Shown: positions 24,438-38,029 of the stretch, one piece after another
Position numbering within the stretch: the stretch's first letter is position 1
Layout: the number at the start of each line of letters is the position of its first letter
Assembly (NCBI GenBank): GCA_963514005.1
Contig: OY740811.1
Location: 26,474,001 to 26,538,000 of the forward strand
Direction of reading: 5' to 3'
Source: Raja brachyura
Taxonomy: Eukaryota
DNA length: 64,000 nt
Position numbers and translations under genes: made by a program
The notes under the pieces: model-generated
What the model was told of the DNA's origin: nothing
Database searches by the model: none
Seen by the model: the letters and a program-made list of their open reading frames with translations, nothing else

Positions 24438-25825
24438 GACAATAGACAATATGTGCAGGAGTAGGCCATTCGGTCCTTCGAGCCAGCACCGCCATTCAAT
24501 GTGATCATGGCTGATCATCCCCAATCAGTAACCCGTTCCTGCCTTCTCCCCATATCCCCTGACTCCGCTATCTTTAAGAGCCCTATCTAGCTCCCTCTTG
24601 AAAGCATCCAGACAAACCTGCCTCCACCACCCTCTGAGGCAGAGAATTCTACAGACTCACAACTCTTTGTGAGAAAAAGTGTTTCCTGGTCTCCGTTCTA
24701 AATGGCATACCCATTATTCTTAAATTGTGGCCCCTGGTTCTGGACTCCCCCAACATCGGGAACATGTTTCCTGTCTCTAGCGTGTCCAAACGCTTAACAA
24801 TTTTAGGTAGACAAAAGTGCTAGAGAAACTCAGCGGGTGCAGCAGCATCTATTGGGCGAAGGAAATAGGCAAAGTTTCAGGCTGAAACCCTTCTTCAGAC
24901 TGATGTAGGGTGGGGAGAAGAAACTATTAGAACAATCATATGTTTTAATAAGATCCTCTCTCATCCTTCTGAACTCCAGAGTGTACAAGCCCAGCTGCTC
25001 CAATCTCTCAGCATATGACAGTCCCTCCATCCCGGGAATTAACCTTGTAAACCTACGCTGCATTCCCTCAATAGCAAGAATGTCCTTCCTCAAATAAGGG
25101 GACCAAAACTGCACACAATACTCCAGGTGTCGTCTCACTAGGGCTCTGTACAACTGCAGAAGGACCACTTTGCTCCTATACTCGACTCCTCTTGTAATAA
25201 AGGCCAACATGCCATTCGCTTTCTTCACTGCCTGCTGTACCTGCATGCTTACTTTCATAGACTGATGAACAAGGACCCCCAGATCCATTGTACTTCCCCT
25301 TTTCCCTACTTGACGCCATTTAGATAGTAATGTGCCTTCCTGTTTTTGCTACCAAAGTGGATAACCTCACATTTATCCACATTAAACATTATCTGCCATG
25401 CATCTGCCCACTCCCCCAACCTGTCCAAGTCACCCTGCATTCTCATAGCATCCTCCCCACAGTTCACACTGCCACCCAGCTTTGTATCATCTGCAAATTT
25501 GCTAATGTTACTTTGAATCCCTTCATCCAAATCATTGATCTATATTGTAAATAGCTGCGGTCCCAGCACCGAGCCTTGAGTCACTGCCTGCCATTCTGAA
25601 AGGGGCCCCTTAATCCCTACTCTTTGTTTCCTGTCTGCCAACCAATTTTCGATCCATGTCAGCGCACTACCCCCAATACCATGTGCCCTAATTTTGCCCA
25701 CTAATCTCCTATGTGGGACCTTATCAAATGCTTTCTGAAAGTCCAGGTACACCACATCCACTGGCTCTCCCTTGTCCATTTTCCTACTTACATCTTCGAA
25801 AAAGTCCAGAAGATTAGTCAAGCAG
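24438..25825 (-). mobile_element. Relatively young 5'-truncated CR1 LINE (RT to 3' tail)
   Basis: SCLTNLLDFFE, YLDFQKAFDKVPHRRL, QGSVLGP, SKFADDTKLGG, HLEYCVQFWSP; tail (TATTGTC)n. Confidence 0.95.
24803..24922 (-). repeat. Penelope terminal-repeat fragment inserted in CR1
   Basis: GGTAGACAAAAGTGCT...AAACCCTTCTTCAGACTGATG interrupts the CR1 frame; AACAAT appears on both sides. Confidence 0.8.
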
Positions 25826-27099
25826 GAGGCAGCCATTCTGCACATCTTGTCCATTCACATCAAAATAAAGAGCTCATTAGACTAATTCCACTTCCCAGCT
25901 CTCAATCTTCAGCCTTGTGGTGAATGGCACTTCAAGGGTTCATCCAATGACCTTGCTTCTGCCTCCACCGTCCTTTCAAGCAGGATTTCCAAACCCCCAT
26001 TACTCGTGGTGTGAAAATAATACTCTCCACTCCATTCTATTGCTTTCAGCAAATATCTTAAACCCAGGTCGTTGTTATTAGCCTCTCTGTTAAAGGAAGC
26101 AGGGCCTTCCTATTGTTTAGGTTTCTCATAATTCTACACAGCTTGACGCATTTTCAATGTTCTAAATAAAACACCACCAGAGCCAATTTCTCCTGATAAT
26201 CACGATTCTCCAGACCAGGGAACATTCTTTTTAACTTTCCTCTGGGCCCCTCACAGTTTTGTATTTATAGTCCATAATAACATGGCCAATAGAACAACAT
26301 GGAGCACAATGCAACCAAAATGTTGCCTTTGTCAATGATGCCTACATCCCACAATGAGAACAATACACTGTCAGCGCAGCTCTGACTACGATTACTGTGA
26401 AGCCACAGACTGCATTCGGCATTGAGCAACAGCTGTAATACAAAGTGCACAGGGACCAGTTACAAGACTAATAGTTACCAGCCCCAAAATAATTGAGATG
26501 AACTGAACCTACTTTCGCCTAGAATATTTTAGCATTGCAATATTTCAACCACTTGACTTTAAAAAAAATCTCGTAATCCTTTCCAATCACTCCCCATCGC
26601 ACTCCCTCTTCATTCCAATTAGTCTTCTTTTCTAACTCAACCAGTTGTGACAAAGGCTCCCTCATCTTTATGATGAACTCATCGCTTTTCCAGACCTGTT
26701 ACATTTCTGCAATATCGACCGTGTCCTCAACATCCGACAAATTCTCTTCAGTACAATGGAATATTTCTTGTTTTTTCACAATGTGGCAGAAAATGGTGTT
26801 TTATTTCCTGCCACTGAGTTCAGGGTGTTGAGCCAACAGGTCGAGGCGTCACGTTCTGAGGGAACTGAGTATCACGCTGAAACTGAGGGAACATTGATCT
26901 GTCAAAGGGTTCATCTTTCAAGCAGGATTTTTAGATGTCCATATATGCTTAAGGCAGTTATAGAAAAACAGGGGAGGTCCTGTAGTCCAGAGCAACATTC
27001 AATCGTCAATGAACACTTCGTTTTCCAGAAAGAACAAACCCTATACTGGGAAATGTGGAGCTACAATTGGGAAAAGATGTGAAGCAAATGAAGTAGTCC

Positions 27100-27520
27100 A
27101 AATAAAATGGACCATCTCCAAGCAAGACAGAGTTTACCCACCTATCAGTGTTAACCAATGGTAATATCATTAACAATGACTTTACTCCATAAACATCTTG
27201 GGGGTCACCAATAACTAGAAACATATCTAGATCATACAGGGCTTATAATAGCAAATGCATCTGCCACAAGTAACTCACACAATGACACCTCAAATCTTTC
27301 CCACCACCTACATGAATCAAATTAGGAGTATGTTTGAAAATCTTGCCTGGATTAGCGCAGCACCAACAATACTCAAGAAACGAGCTTAATTGACATTCCA
27401 TTTGTCATTGCACCAACAGCACACAGTCGCTACAAAGTGCAGCAACAACATATGCACCGCAGTTACTTGCCACGGCTATGGAGGGAGTGCCTCCCACACT
27501 GGACCCTCTCCAGAGCCAGC
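27100..27520 (+). mobile_element. Old CR1-like LINE C-terminal fragment (second family)
   Basis: Degenerate NILGVT...VTH..TPQ...TTY...LAWISAAPTILKK; related pieces at about 23840-24070 (+) and 56900-57290 (-). Confidence 0.55.
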
Positions 27521-29126
27521 ACAACCTTCCTCAGATGTGGCGCCCAGTTTGCAGTTTGTAGTAAAAGCTGGCATTATCGGCAATGACCACATGCCAAGAA
27601 ATGTAATGAATACATGAAAGGTTATGAACCAGAGATCACAAAAAGGGGATGCAAAGAAATACAAAATAAAAAGCAAGAAGGAAGGGTTGGATTGGGTTAA
27701 GGAGAGTGGAGAAGTCAGGACGGTTGATGTCCTGCCCACAGTTGGAAATAAACAGATCCAAAGAGGGGTAGAAGACCAGCAGGCAGAGTCTGTGAGGAGG
27801 AGGAATGTTCACAAGAGAAGGGATCATCACTGGGCGGCGAGGTCTCCTTACCAGAGAAAAAAGACCCATAAGCGGAAGTGCTGAAAGAGTTCCACATTAT
27901 GGCAGGCTGGGAACTCATTGATGTGTGGGCGTAGAGGTACAAAGATAAGGCCTCTGCTGAGGACTGACTGTTCTGCATCAGAAAGAGGGAGGTCGGGGGG
28001 GGGGGGGGGGGGGGAAGATAGTGAACACCTGACATGGATGAGGTCAATGCAGGGAGGCTTGGAGGAGGTACTTTGGGGAGATGAATGGGGGCTCAGAGGG
28101 GAGTGGGGGTGTGAGTGATGGTGTCGGGTTGTGGTGGTGGGAAGTAGGAGATAAGGGGGAAGGGATTAGGGGGAAGGGCAGCAGGGCCGAGTGGTACCAT
28201 TATTAAGTTTCTCTGTTGCAGGGGGGGGGGAGAGCAGTCAAACCCATGAGAGTTAGTCCATGTGACTCCATGGGAGCAGGCAGCATGGAGGTCCCCTTTG
28301 CCTGGACTTGGGGAAAGAGGTGAAGGGGAAAGAGGCGAGGGTTGTTGGAGACAATAGTCCCGGTGGCCGGAATGCAGCTTCATAAAATGAAGCCGGCAAC
28401 AAAAAAGCAACGATGCAAGGATGAATGGGGTGTAGTTAGGATATGGAGGCAACCTCAATCAGCCATTTAAAAAATAGCTGGATAGGTTCTAGAAAGGAAA
28501 ATGGACAGAAAGCTCAGAGAAAAGAGTAGAAAATTGGGAGCAGCAGGATTGTTCTTGCAGACACACGAGATGGGCCAAATGGCCTCTTTCTACACTGTCA
28601 TCTCTGACTACGTACGAGTCTCGCGCCAGACAAGTGAGAACTGACAGGTTTTTTTCCCCCAAGATCTTCGGGATTGAGATGTTGCAGAGGGCTGTGAGGC
28701 CCCATCAGAATAAGCTCCATGACAGTTTTTATAGGAAGCACACTTGTAAACAAGTCAAATGGTGACACATCCACTCCTCTTCTTAATAGGTTGTCAGAAA
28801 ACTACCCGGATTTGGGCCTGGACCTGACAAATGTGACTGAGGAGCTCCTGTTACCATTAGTAGCTACCAGTTCCAGAAATACTTTGTCACATCGAACCAG
28901 AAAAAACTTTTTTTTTAACTTACTGCACCATTTTGACATGATGTAACTATAACCCTGTAAGCCAAGGCACAAACCCCATATCTTTGGACACATGGTTGCT
29001 TGGGAAACTCTACCAACATAGCATGGAGAAGTAAAAGCTTGAAAATCAGGCGATACCAATTTTTTTGGGAAAAAAATGTAAGTTTAAGTGAAACTAGTTT
29101 TGCACACAAGCCTCGCTGTTTAACTT

Positions 29127-29343
29127 GTGCATACAAGGAACTGTAGATGCTGGTTTACAGAGTGCTGGAGTACCTCAGTGGGTCAGGCAACAGCTCTGGA
29201 GAGTATCAATAGGTGGCATTTTGAGTCAGCACCATTCTGGACCCATTTGAAGGGGCCCAACCTGAAATGTCACCTATCCATGCTCTTCAGAGATGCTGCC
29301 TGACCCCACTGAGTTACTCCAGCACGTTGTGTCTTTTCCCCAA
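29127..29343. repeat. Fold-back Penelope terminal-repeat pair with 10-bp flanking duplication
   Basis: Inverted arms; TGTTTAACTT at 29117 and 29344. Confidence 0.75.
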
Positions 29344-29705
29344 TGTTTAACTTTGGGGTCATTCCTCAGACTACCGGATACTGAATAAAGAATCTGTATC
29401 TGAAAAATACAGAATCTGAAAAATGAATTAACGAATGTACATACTGAGTCTCTAATTAGTTAACTTCACAGCTAAAACAAACATTCAAGTATTTTGCAGT
29501 TATCAGTGACAATACAAATAATGATACACAGCGTCATATCCAAGCTCAGAGCCACTGCTGCTCAAGGCCCTGAATGTACTGTCTCTGTGATGTTCTTTAG
29601 AATAGAAGAGGTGGGGTGGGTTACATAAATTGGGATTGTCGGCAAACATTTGGTGTGAGCTGGCTGAAGACTATTCTGGAACACTATGGTGAGAAACATG
29701 GTAAT

Positions 29706-30019
29706 GGCCCCGTCCTACTGTACGAGTTCATTCAAGAGCTCTCCCGAGTCAAAACAAATAAAACTCGTGGTAAGCACGTAGAATGTACGTAGCGGGTACA
29801 TCAGAGCTCGGTGATGTCTTTTAGCGGCTTGTAACGCTAACGGTAAGTACTAGGGAAATGCAGTAAGTTCAGGAAGACTCGTGAAGATTTTTCAACGTGT
29901 TGAAAAATGTCCACGAGAACCCCGAGTACCTACGAGCGGCCATTACCGTAAATCTCCGAGTTCGAATCAGGGCAAACTCGGGAGAACTCTTGAATGAACT
30001 GGTACAGTGGGACAGGACT
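29706..30019. mobile_element. Non-autonomous DNA transposon (MITE), PIF/Harbinger-like termini
   Basis: 44-bp TIRs GGCCCCGTCCTACTGTACGAGTTCATTCAAGAGCTCTCCCGAGT / ACTCGGGAGAACTCTTGAATGAACTGGTACAGTGGGACAGGACT. Confidence 0.85.
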
Positions 30020-30999
30020 TTTAGGTACTGATAAATGGGATGAAATTGAAGAAGACAAAAATAAGTGATTTTTGTCATCCTAAGCTGGTGAACAAAGCAG
30101 ATTACTTGTTGGAGGAAGTCGAGTCTGACTGGGTTGGTGAATGGGAAGGTTATGATTTGTGCTGGGAAGAGGCTTGGGCTGGTGACCTTGAAGATTTCAG
30201 GACAGCAGCTGAAAAGAGTGTTGCTCATTCAGATTTGTTTCAGGGCTGGGTTTCACAATTAACTCAGTACTGTGCAGCTTTACAGAAATCTACATGTTCT
30301 TAATTTAACAGACCAATTAAATATAATTTTAAAATAATTAAATAGCTCAAATGGTTCAATATTTTGATTGGTAGATAACACTGGTTTTCACAGTTTATTT
30401 CCGCAGACGTAGGAAGGTAAGAGAAATGAACACAGAAAAGTAAATTCAAAGTCATTTCTTATTAACTTTTCTTCAAAACATTTCTTTCCTGTCCCCGACA
30501 GTTCTGCCGTCCCCCACTGATGTCATTTAACAATGTTGCACTGAGCTGTTGGAAAGTCAATTGTTTTTGAGCCTTGATGGTTATGAGCAAAGCAGCAGGG
30601 GCAGAACCGAGACATGCACTTCTCCCAGCCATAGCTCTGCACGCCAATCCCAGCCTCGATAATACAGCTGAAATATGGAGCACACTGTGTTGACAATGAC
30701 AGGAGAAAGCTTGGATATTTCATTTGACTGGTCTGCATTGATAGCTAGCTGGTGAAACGTTAACAGAGAAGGAAATAAGTTAACAAATTGGAGAAAACCT
30801 GATTTTGAGGAACTGAATTACAGTTTGGGAAGGCAAAATGGGCAGCAATATTTGCAAATAATAAGGTGAGATAATAGATTGCAGGGAAGCAAGAAGGGGA
30901 ACCGGGCTGATAGGAATTCTCTGAAAGCTGAAGGTTGAATGGTCTTCTTCTATGACATATGGAAATATGAGGAATGAGAAACAAAGAGCATAATTTTAA

Positions 31000-31960
31000 A
31001 CATGTTCGGAATACAGCAAAAATATATTGCGCTAAAATAATTATTCTAAACAATCACAAGGCTCCATGGATGAATAAAGGCACAAGGGCACAACTGAGGG
31101 AAGGAAAAAGAGACATACATTTATATACAGGCAGCAAGGGATGCAAGCCGCAGAATACAAAGGGATTTGGGGAGAATATTAAACCTAGAAACTGAATAAA
31201 ATAGCGAAGTATTTGACAAACGCATTTAAAAAAAAAGGTGGGAGGGGAACCACATTACTAATAATTAAAACATCATGAATAATTTATTGCTTCAGTACAT
31301 ACCTAAAGGATAGAACAGGTGACGCTGATGATGAAATGATGAGAAATTAGTAATAAAATCGATCCATTTTTCAAAAAAAGATATGTTGAATAAACCAGTC
31401 TAATCAAAGAGATCACATCTTAGAAGAATCTCGGGTCGAGATACAGAGGCATTACCACATACACTTAATAGTTTATTAGAAAAACGCGTGGTGTCAGACA
31501 ATTGGCAGATAGCTAATGTAATATCGATATTTAACCAGTCAATTTAACTTGATGTAAGAATAGCTATGGAATCTCTACTAAATGAGAGAGCAGAACATCT
31601 AGAAATGAGAAATGTAAGAATGAATAGTCAGCATGGATTTCAAAAGGGGAAAAACCTTGCCTCGTTGCCCTTATTGGATTTTTTGAGGAGGTGACAGAGG
31701 AAATAGGCATGGGTAAAGCTGTAGATTTAATTTATTTAGATTTTCTAAGGGCTGTTGATAAGATGTCACATAACAGAGAATGAGTAAGGCCAGAGAATGC
31801 AGAGTGAAGAGCAAAGTCACAGAATGGCCAGCTGCAGCACTGGAAGCACTCGGCAGGCAGCTACATCGGATTCAGTGCTGGGACCACCACTATGCAGTTT
31901 ACATTTAGGAAATTTCAAATGATATTGAACTAGGTTTGTAATAATCGGCACAAATTATAA
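31000..31960 (+). mobile_element. Decayed CR1 ORF2 fragment
   Basis: APWMNK, DNWQIANV, SQHGFQKG, IYLDF.RAVDK, GFSAGT remnants. Confidence 0.7.
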
Positions 31961-32026
31961 GAGGACAGTTAAGAAACAGTTAGACAGGATAGATGGATAG
32001 GACAAGGTTGGGAGGGGTATGGACCA

Positions 32027-32476
32027 TCCATTGAAAAGACTGGGCTCATATTCACTGGAGTTTAGAAGGGAGAGGGGAGGATCTTATAGAAACATATAAA
32101 ATTATAAAAGGACGGGACAAGCTGGATGCAGGAAAAATGTTCCCAATGTTGGGTGAGTCCAGAACCAGGGGCCACTGTTTTAGAATAAAGGGGAGGTCAT
32201 TTAAGACTGAGGTGAGAAAAAACTTTTTTTACCCAGAGAGTTGTGAATTTATGGAATTCCCTGCCATAGAGGACAGTGGGGGCCAAATCACTGGATGGAT
32301 TTAAGAGAGAGTTGGATAGAGCTCTAGGGGCTAGTGGAGTCAAGGGATATGGGGAGAAGGCAGGCACGGGTTATTGATAGAGGACGATCAGCTATGATCA
32401 CAATGAATAGCGGTGCTGGCTCGAAGGGCCGAATGGCCTCCTCCTGCACCTATTTTCTATGTTTCTATGTTTCTAA
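32027..32476 (+). mobile_element. Young CR1 3' end nested in an older CR1 3' end (about 31960-32570)
   Basis: Tail (CTATGTTT)n; the flanks rejoin as GGTATGGACCA|AATGTAGGCAAATGG. Confidence 0.85.
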
Positions 32477-33277
32477 ATGTAGGCAAATGGAACCAGTGCA
32501 GCAGGAACATGTTGGTCGGTGTGGGCAAGTTGTGCCGAGGGGCCTGTTCCCACACTGTGTCACTCGATGACATTTGCAAATTCAGAATATTCGAATATGT
32601 AAATACTGGGGTGGTCCAGGGGCCTGAATAGCTTGTTCAGTACCTTTTATTGTTGTGGCCATTCAAGACAGAACGGAAGCAAACAGAGTACTGGAGGTCA
32701 GCATTTGGGTGAGTCACCATTGAATGCATAAATGTTCTGTAATATATTAAACAGAGGGCCTGGACGCACATCATATTCCTCAGGTTTATGATAGCCATAG
32801 CTGGCATAACCAGCACCTTTCATTTTAATAGAGTTCCTGACCTTCACTGTAAACTCGTATTTTGAATTTAAAATAGCTTGATGAGTTTTATATGAAGAAA
32901 AAACAAATCCATTTCAACAGTTTAAAATGTCTCAGATCATCAGAGACATTTAAAAACAGTGAAATAGGCTCGTGGCAATACCAGCTGTCACTGCCGGTGC
33001 CTTGCTGCAGAAGGGGAACATTTTAAGGCCTGGCCCAGGATTGCTCAAAAGGCAGACACGAAACTGATATCTGAAGGGCTTTGTGAGCCACGCAGTCAAG
33101 GAGGACACATTTGCTGCAGGGCCCATAGTGGAGGGGTGCCTGATAAGGCTCAATGTTAAAAGTTACACGCTCTGATACCATTTGGCAAAATGTGTTTGAA
33201 AAGGCTTCACCCAGCTGAAGTGTTTGGTAGACATGTTTCACAATGGGGGGAAATTTGTGTCACTAACTTTCCAAGAA

Positions 33278-34210
33278 GGCTCCTCCAATGGGATCGCACC
33301 ACTAGTCGCATCTTTCCATCTCCACCCCTTTCCTCTTTCTGAGGAGGCCGTTCCCTCCACAACTCCCTGGTTAACTCATCCCATCCCATCCCACCCCCTC
33401 CACAAGTACCTTCCCCTGCAACTGCAAGAGATGCAACACCAGTCCCTATACCTCCTCCCTCAACTCCATCTAGGGATCACGACAGTCCCTTCATGCGAGG
33501 CAGAGGTTCACGATCTCCCGGTTGCCAAACATGTAAACTTCCCTTCCCATTTCCAAATGAACCTTTCTATCCTGGGCATCTTCCACTGTCAGAGTAGGCC
33601 ATATGTAAATTGGAGGAACAGCACCTCATATTTCGTTCCGGCAACTTACGACCCGGCGATATGAATATTGATCGCATTCCGTCTCTCTCCGCCCCCTCCC
33701 CTTCTCTAGTCGTCCTGCCAGTTCCACTGTTCACATTATCGCATCTTTCACAGCCAACAACATATCATTGTGGGCTCCACATTTCCTTGGTCATCGGTGC
33801 CGGCTCAGAGAGCCAGAGAGTTGTGAATTTGTGGAGTTCTCCGCCTCAGCAGGCAGTGGAGGCCAATTCACTGGATGCATTCAAAAGAGAGTTAGTTGGA
33901 GCTCTCATGGCTAGCGAAATCAAGAGATATGGGGAGAAAGCAGGACCTGGGTACTGATTGTGGATGATCAGCCATGATCACATTGAATGGCGGCCCTGGC
34001 TCGAGGTGCCGAATGGCCTAATCCTGCACCTATTGTCTATGTATCTATGGCTCTGACCTGTACTGAACTTTTTTAGACTAGTTTCCTTCACCCCCGTATC
34101 TCAGTCTGAAGAAGAAGGGTTTCGGCTTGAAACATCACCTATTCCTTTTCTCCAGAGATGCTGCCGGACCCGCCGAGCTACTCCAGCATTTTGGGTCTAT
34201 CTACTGGTAT
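33278..34210 (+). mobile_element. Penelope-like element 3' fragment (GIY-YIG end plus terminal repeat)
   Basis: Similar to 50750-51495; LEEQHLIFR motif; ends in CAGTCTGAAGAAG...GAAACATCACC repeat. Confidence 0.85.
33807..34048 (+). mobile_element. CR1 3' end inserted in the Penelope fragment
   Basis: QRVVNLWSS...LDAFKREL; tail CTATTGTCTATGTATCTAT; GGCTC on both sides. Confidence 0.85.
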
Positions 34211-34529
34211 TCAGCAAGAAGCCACTCCATGCAAGGAAAATGGGGGTGTCATTTAACCAGAATTAAACAGGAGAACATCACCAACTACTCACTCATGGAG
34301 AAAGTACCCCTAAAAAAATGCAACATCTGGGCACATTTAGATTAAATTAAACTAAAAAGATTGCTTTTTAGTTTAATTTAATTTAGAGATATCACGCGGA
34401 AACTGGCCCTTCAGCCCACTGAGTCCTTGCCGATCGGAGGTTTTTGTTTGGGGTCTTGCACAGTTCTGAACTAAAAATGACTTTGCAAATAAGAAATTGA
34501 AACCCACTAAGAGTGAAGTTGAACATATA

Positions 34530-34626
34530 GAAGATAGACACAAAAAGCTGGAGTAACTCAGTCGGAAGGGCAGCATCGCTGGAGAGAAGGAATGGGTGGC
34601 GTTTCGGGTCGAGACCCTTCTTCAGA
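34530..34626 (-). repeat. Solo Penelope terminal repeat with hammerhead-like core
   Basis: Minus strand CTGAAGAAGGGTCTCGACCCGAAACGCC; GAACATATA at 34521 and 34625. Confidence 0.8.
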
Positions 34627-35149
34627 ACATATAAATGAGTTCATCCCAGCAGCATGGTTTCTCTGGAGGGAGCTCGGGCACTCATTGCCTACTTGAGCTG
34701 CAGCAACTGCAACGGTTGATTCTAATCACATCAGTCACCGTACAATGCTGGAGCATAATCTAATTCAATTACAAACACAAAATTGGAGGACTAGAAAAAT
34801 TAAAATCTGTCACAGGAAACCTGAATGACGCACTGCCTTCAATGCAATGCCTTTTTACCAATTATAGAAGGAGAAAAGGATTCTGCAATCTCTGAGCTTT
34901 GCTTTCTGCTTGTTGTTTCTGAAGAACTCCATTCTGCTTGTCTTCCTGAATTAAAGTGGAAATGTTGGCAATCTATAATGCACTACTCTGGCTGAAAGGC
35001 AAAAACTGGAAGGGTTATGAATGGTGCCAGTTCTGGCACATCAGCTGATCAACTGACGGTTGACGAGAGATCAGCCTCCATCCGGTGAGATGGTGCTGTG
35101 ATATCACTCAATGTCAATGCCTGGCTGGTGGCTCATTCATCAACACAAT

Positions 35150-35445
35150 TTTTAGTCTATTTTTAGTTCAGATATACAGCACAGAAACAGACCCTTCAGC
35201 CCACAAAGTCCATGCCGACCAGTGATCCCCATTCACTAGCACCATCCTACACACTAGGGGCGATTTACAGTTATACCAAGCCAATTAACCTATAAACATA
35301 TACGTCTTTGGAGTGTGGGAGGAAACCGGAGATCCTGGTGAAACCCCACGCAGGTCACAGGGAGAACATACAAATTCCGTACCGACAGCACCTGTAGTCA
35401 GGATTGAACCCGGGTCTCTGGCGCTGCAACTCTACCTTGCCGCCC
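35150..35445 (-). mobile_element. HE1-type V-SINE
   Basis: Same V-domain and tail as 2463-2791; B-box-like GGGTTCAATCC on the minus strand. Confidence 0.85.
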
Positions 35446-36054
35446 ATATTCAATACTATACAGTAAAACATGCAAAACATGGAAGAGGGGGGGGGGGGGG
35501 GAGGATAGTGTATGAGAATGATGAGTGGGAAGCACGGGTGGAATCCTCTACTATATTGTTCTAGTCATTTAATAGTGTCTTCAAACACTCTCACCATAGC
35601 ACCAGAATCCCTTTAAACCTCTGCCAGAAAACAAATGTATATCATTAACAATCACCGCCTTGTAGCATGCAGAAGAATGATCTTTCATTAATATTTTAAA
35701 TGACATACTGTGCAATGATGGTTCGGTTTGTAAAGAAGATCTGTTAGGTACCAAACAGACCAAATTTTAATGGACTATCAAACCCAAAACTACCTTCCTT
35801 ACAAATTATGTTTCTCACAAGGGGACGGGACACAAGTTGTGTTGATATTGCTTCTTCGAGCATTCATGTATTTTCTATTCAAAGTGTCAATGTTAAAAAC
35901 AATGCCAGTTTATAAACAAAATCCACTCATTAAGTGAAGGTTATCACTGTTGTAAAAGGAATCAGACCTCAATATTGGCTGTGGATCAGAATTACGTGTT
36001 ATCAGACATGAAACTCCTCTTGCATGGAATGCCATGAAGGAGAAGAAGAAAGTC

Positions 36055-36500
36055 AGAATCAAACAGCATGGAAGCAGGCCCTTCGGCCCAACTTGCCTTT
36101 GCTGACCAAGATGCCACATCTACCCGAGTCCCATCTGCCCATCTTTGGCCTAGATACCTCTAAACGTTTCCTACCCTCGTACCTGTCCAAATGTCTTTTG
36201 ACTGTTGTCATAGTAACTGCCCTAACTATCTACTCTGACAGCGCTTTCCATATACCCACCATCCTCTGTGTGAAAAAGTTGCCCCTCAGGTTCCTATTAA
36301 ATCTTTCTTCTCTCACCTTAAACCTATGTCCCCTGGTTCTTGATTCCCCTATTCTGTGTAAAAGACTGCATCTACCCAATCTATTCCCCTCATGATCTAA
36401 AAACACCTATATAAGATCACCCCTCATCCTCCTGCCTCCAAGGAATAATGACCAAGCCTGCCCAACCTCTCCCTATAGCTCAGGCCTTGAAGTCCTTGTA
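36055..36500 (-). mobile_element. CR1 3' end fragment
   Basis: Reverse complement of the 16860-17270 type sequence. Confidence 0.85.
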
Positions 36501-37314
36501 AATCAACTCAGTGATTTTTGCTATTTTGAATTAAGTCTCCCTTAATATTTTTAACTGTTCAATCGTATATAACATGTTTCATGATTAAATCTTGTTTTAG
36601 CTTTCAAAAGTATTACTATTATTTCGTTGTTTCAATATTATATTTATTGCTTTTGAATGTTTCCGAATGTCGGACATTGATAAGCCTTGACAACCGGTCA
36701 AGTAAATGTGAATTAAAGCGCAGTTTATGCAATACTCCTTGGGCTGGGCTTGCCCTGTGATGCCATTATGTTGCACATATTGCACACAGCCCTGATATTG
36801 TCAGGGGATACAATAAAGGTGAGCACAATTCTTTCTGACAAGTCACCACCTGCTGGCCATGATGCACCTTGAAGAATCGTATCTCAATTCACAGCAGCCA
36901 TCTCCACGGTATCACCGTACAAATGCAACTCCTCTTAATTGAGATTTTTAAATGTTCATACTGCAGAGGGAGTTCAAGCCAAAATTATTTGAAAATTTCA
37001 CAAAGAACTGGACCCTCATACACCAGGTTTGAAAGGACATGCGGTTTTGAAGGGCGTGTCTTCTCTGGTAAATTGATTTACTGGGTTAATAAAGAGAAAT
37101 ATGTTGACAGAATTAGTGCCTGGTACAGGAAAAATATATCAGTAGTGTGGATATCAGATTGCAAAATACAGATAGTGGGTGCAACTTTCCGGCATTGATA
37201 AATACAAGGCAGAATAGGAACTGAGGCTCGTCAAATAGACCCCTTTTCCCATTTTCCCTTGTTCTGTAAATTGTCTGATTAACCACTTGTAAGTACAGAA
37301 TCTCAAGAATGTTT

Positions 37315-37520
37315 TTGCGAATCTTTCATTCATTTGTTCTACATCTGTATCATCTTTATCTCTCTATTCCTTTCCCTTGATTTCCAGTCTGAAGAAGGGT
37401 CTCCGCCCGAAACATCACCCATTCGTTCTCTCCAGAGATGCTGCTTGTCCTGCTGAGTTACTCCAGTAATTTGTGTCTATCTCCGGGTTCAAATCAGCAT
37501 CTTCAGTTCCTTCCGACACA
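37315..37520 (+). repeat. Penelope 3' UTR plus terminal repeat
   Basis: CAGTCTGAAGAAGGGTCTCCGCCCGAAACATCACC...; ATCTCAAGAA flanks both sides. Confidence 0.8.
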
Positions 37521-38029
37521 TCTCAAGAACATTGTTCCCCAATGCTTCACAGAAGAGCTAATCAAATAAAATTGACCTAAATTGAAATGAAATAGGTGAT
37601 CAAGTTTGGTCCAACAGGTAGTTTTTAAACATTGGCTTGAAGATCAGAAAGGCAGAAATGTTTCAGCAGTGAGCGGGAAAGAAGAAATATCACTGCTTCT
37701 GGTCAAGGCTGGCTGTAAAAGGCCTCTTAATTGCTCCTGGATGTTTCAGATGAGAGATGCAATTAAATACAGATTCAATTTATTTTTAAATATTAAGATT
37801 AAAATAAAGACAAAATAATTAAAACTATATTAAACACCAACATATAATTAAAAACATAACATCAAATAATTATAACACATCCCTGATGTGAAGCCGAGGG
37901 GTTGGATGCCAAATGCATTCAGCCTTTTTTAATTAGTCACTCCTCCATCGCTCAGCTCAAGGATGGACAACCGAGATGCACTGACATCCGACTTTCAGCA
38001 TCTAATAACAAGGAACTGCAGATGCTGGT

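Noticed and set aside
27994-28014. Poly-G run (similar G or C runs near 15935, 28220, 35487 and 38714) as G-quadruplex elements
   Set aside because: Simple homopolymers, common in such genomes and prone to sequencing length error.
30040-30303. Acidic, Trp-rich 87-aa ORF and an opposite-strand exon-like frame
   Set aside because: No recognised homology, weak donor, no partner exons.
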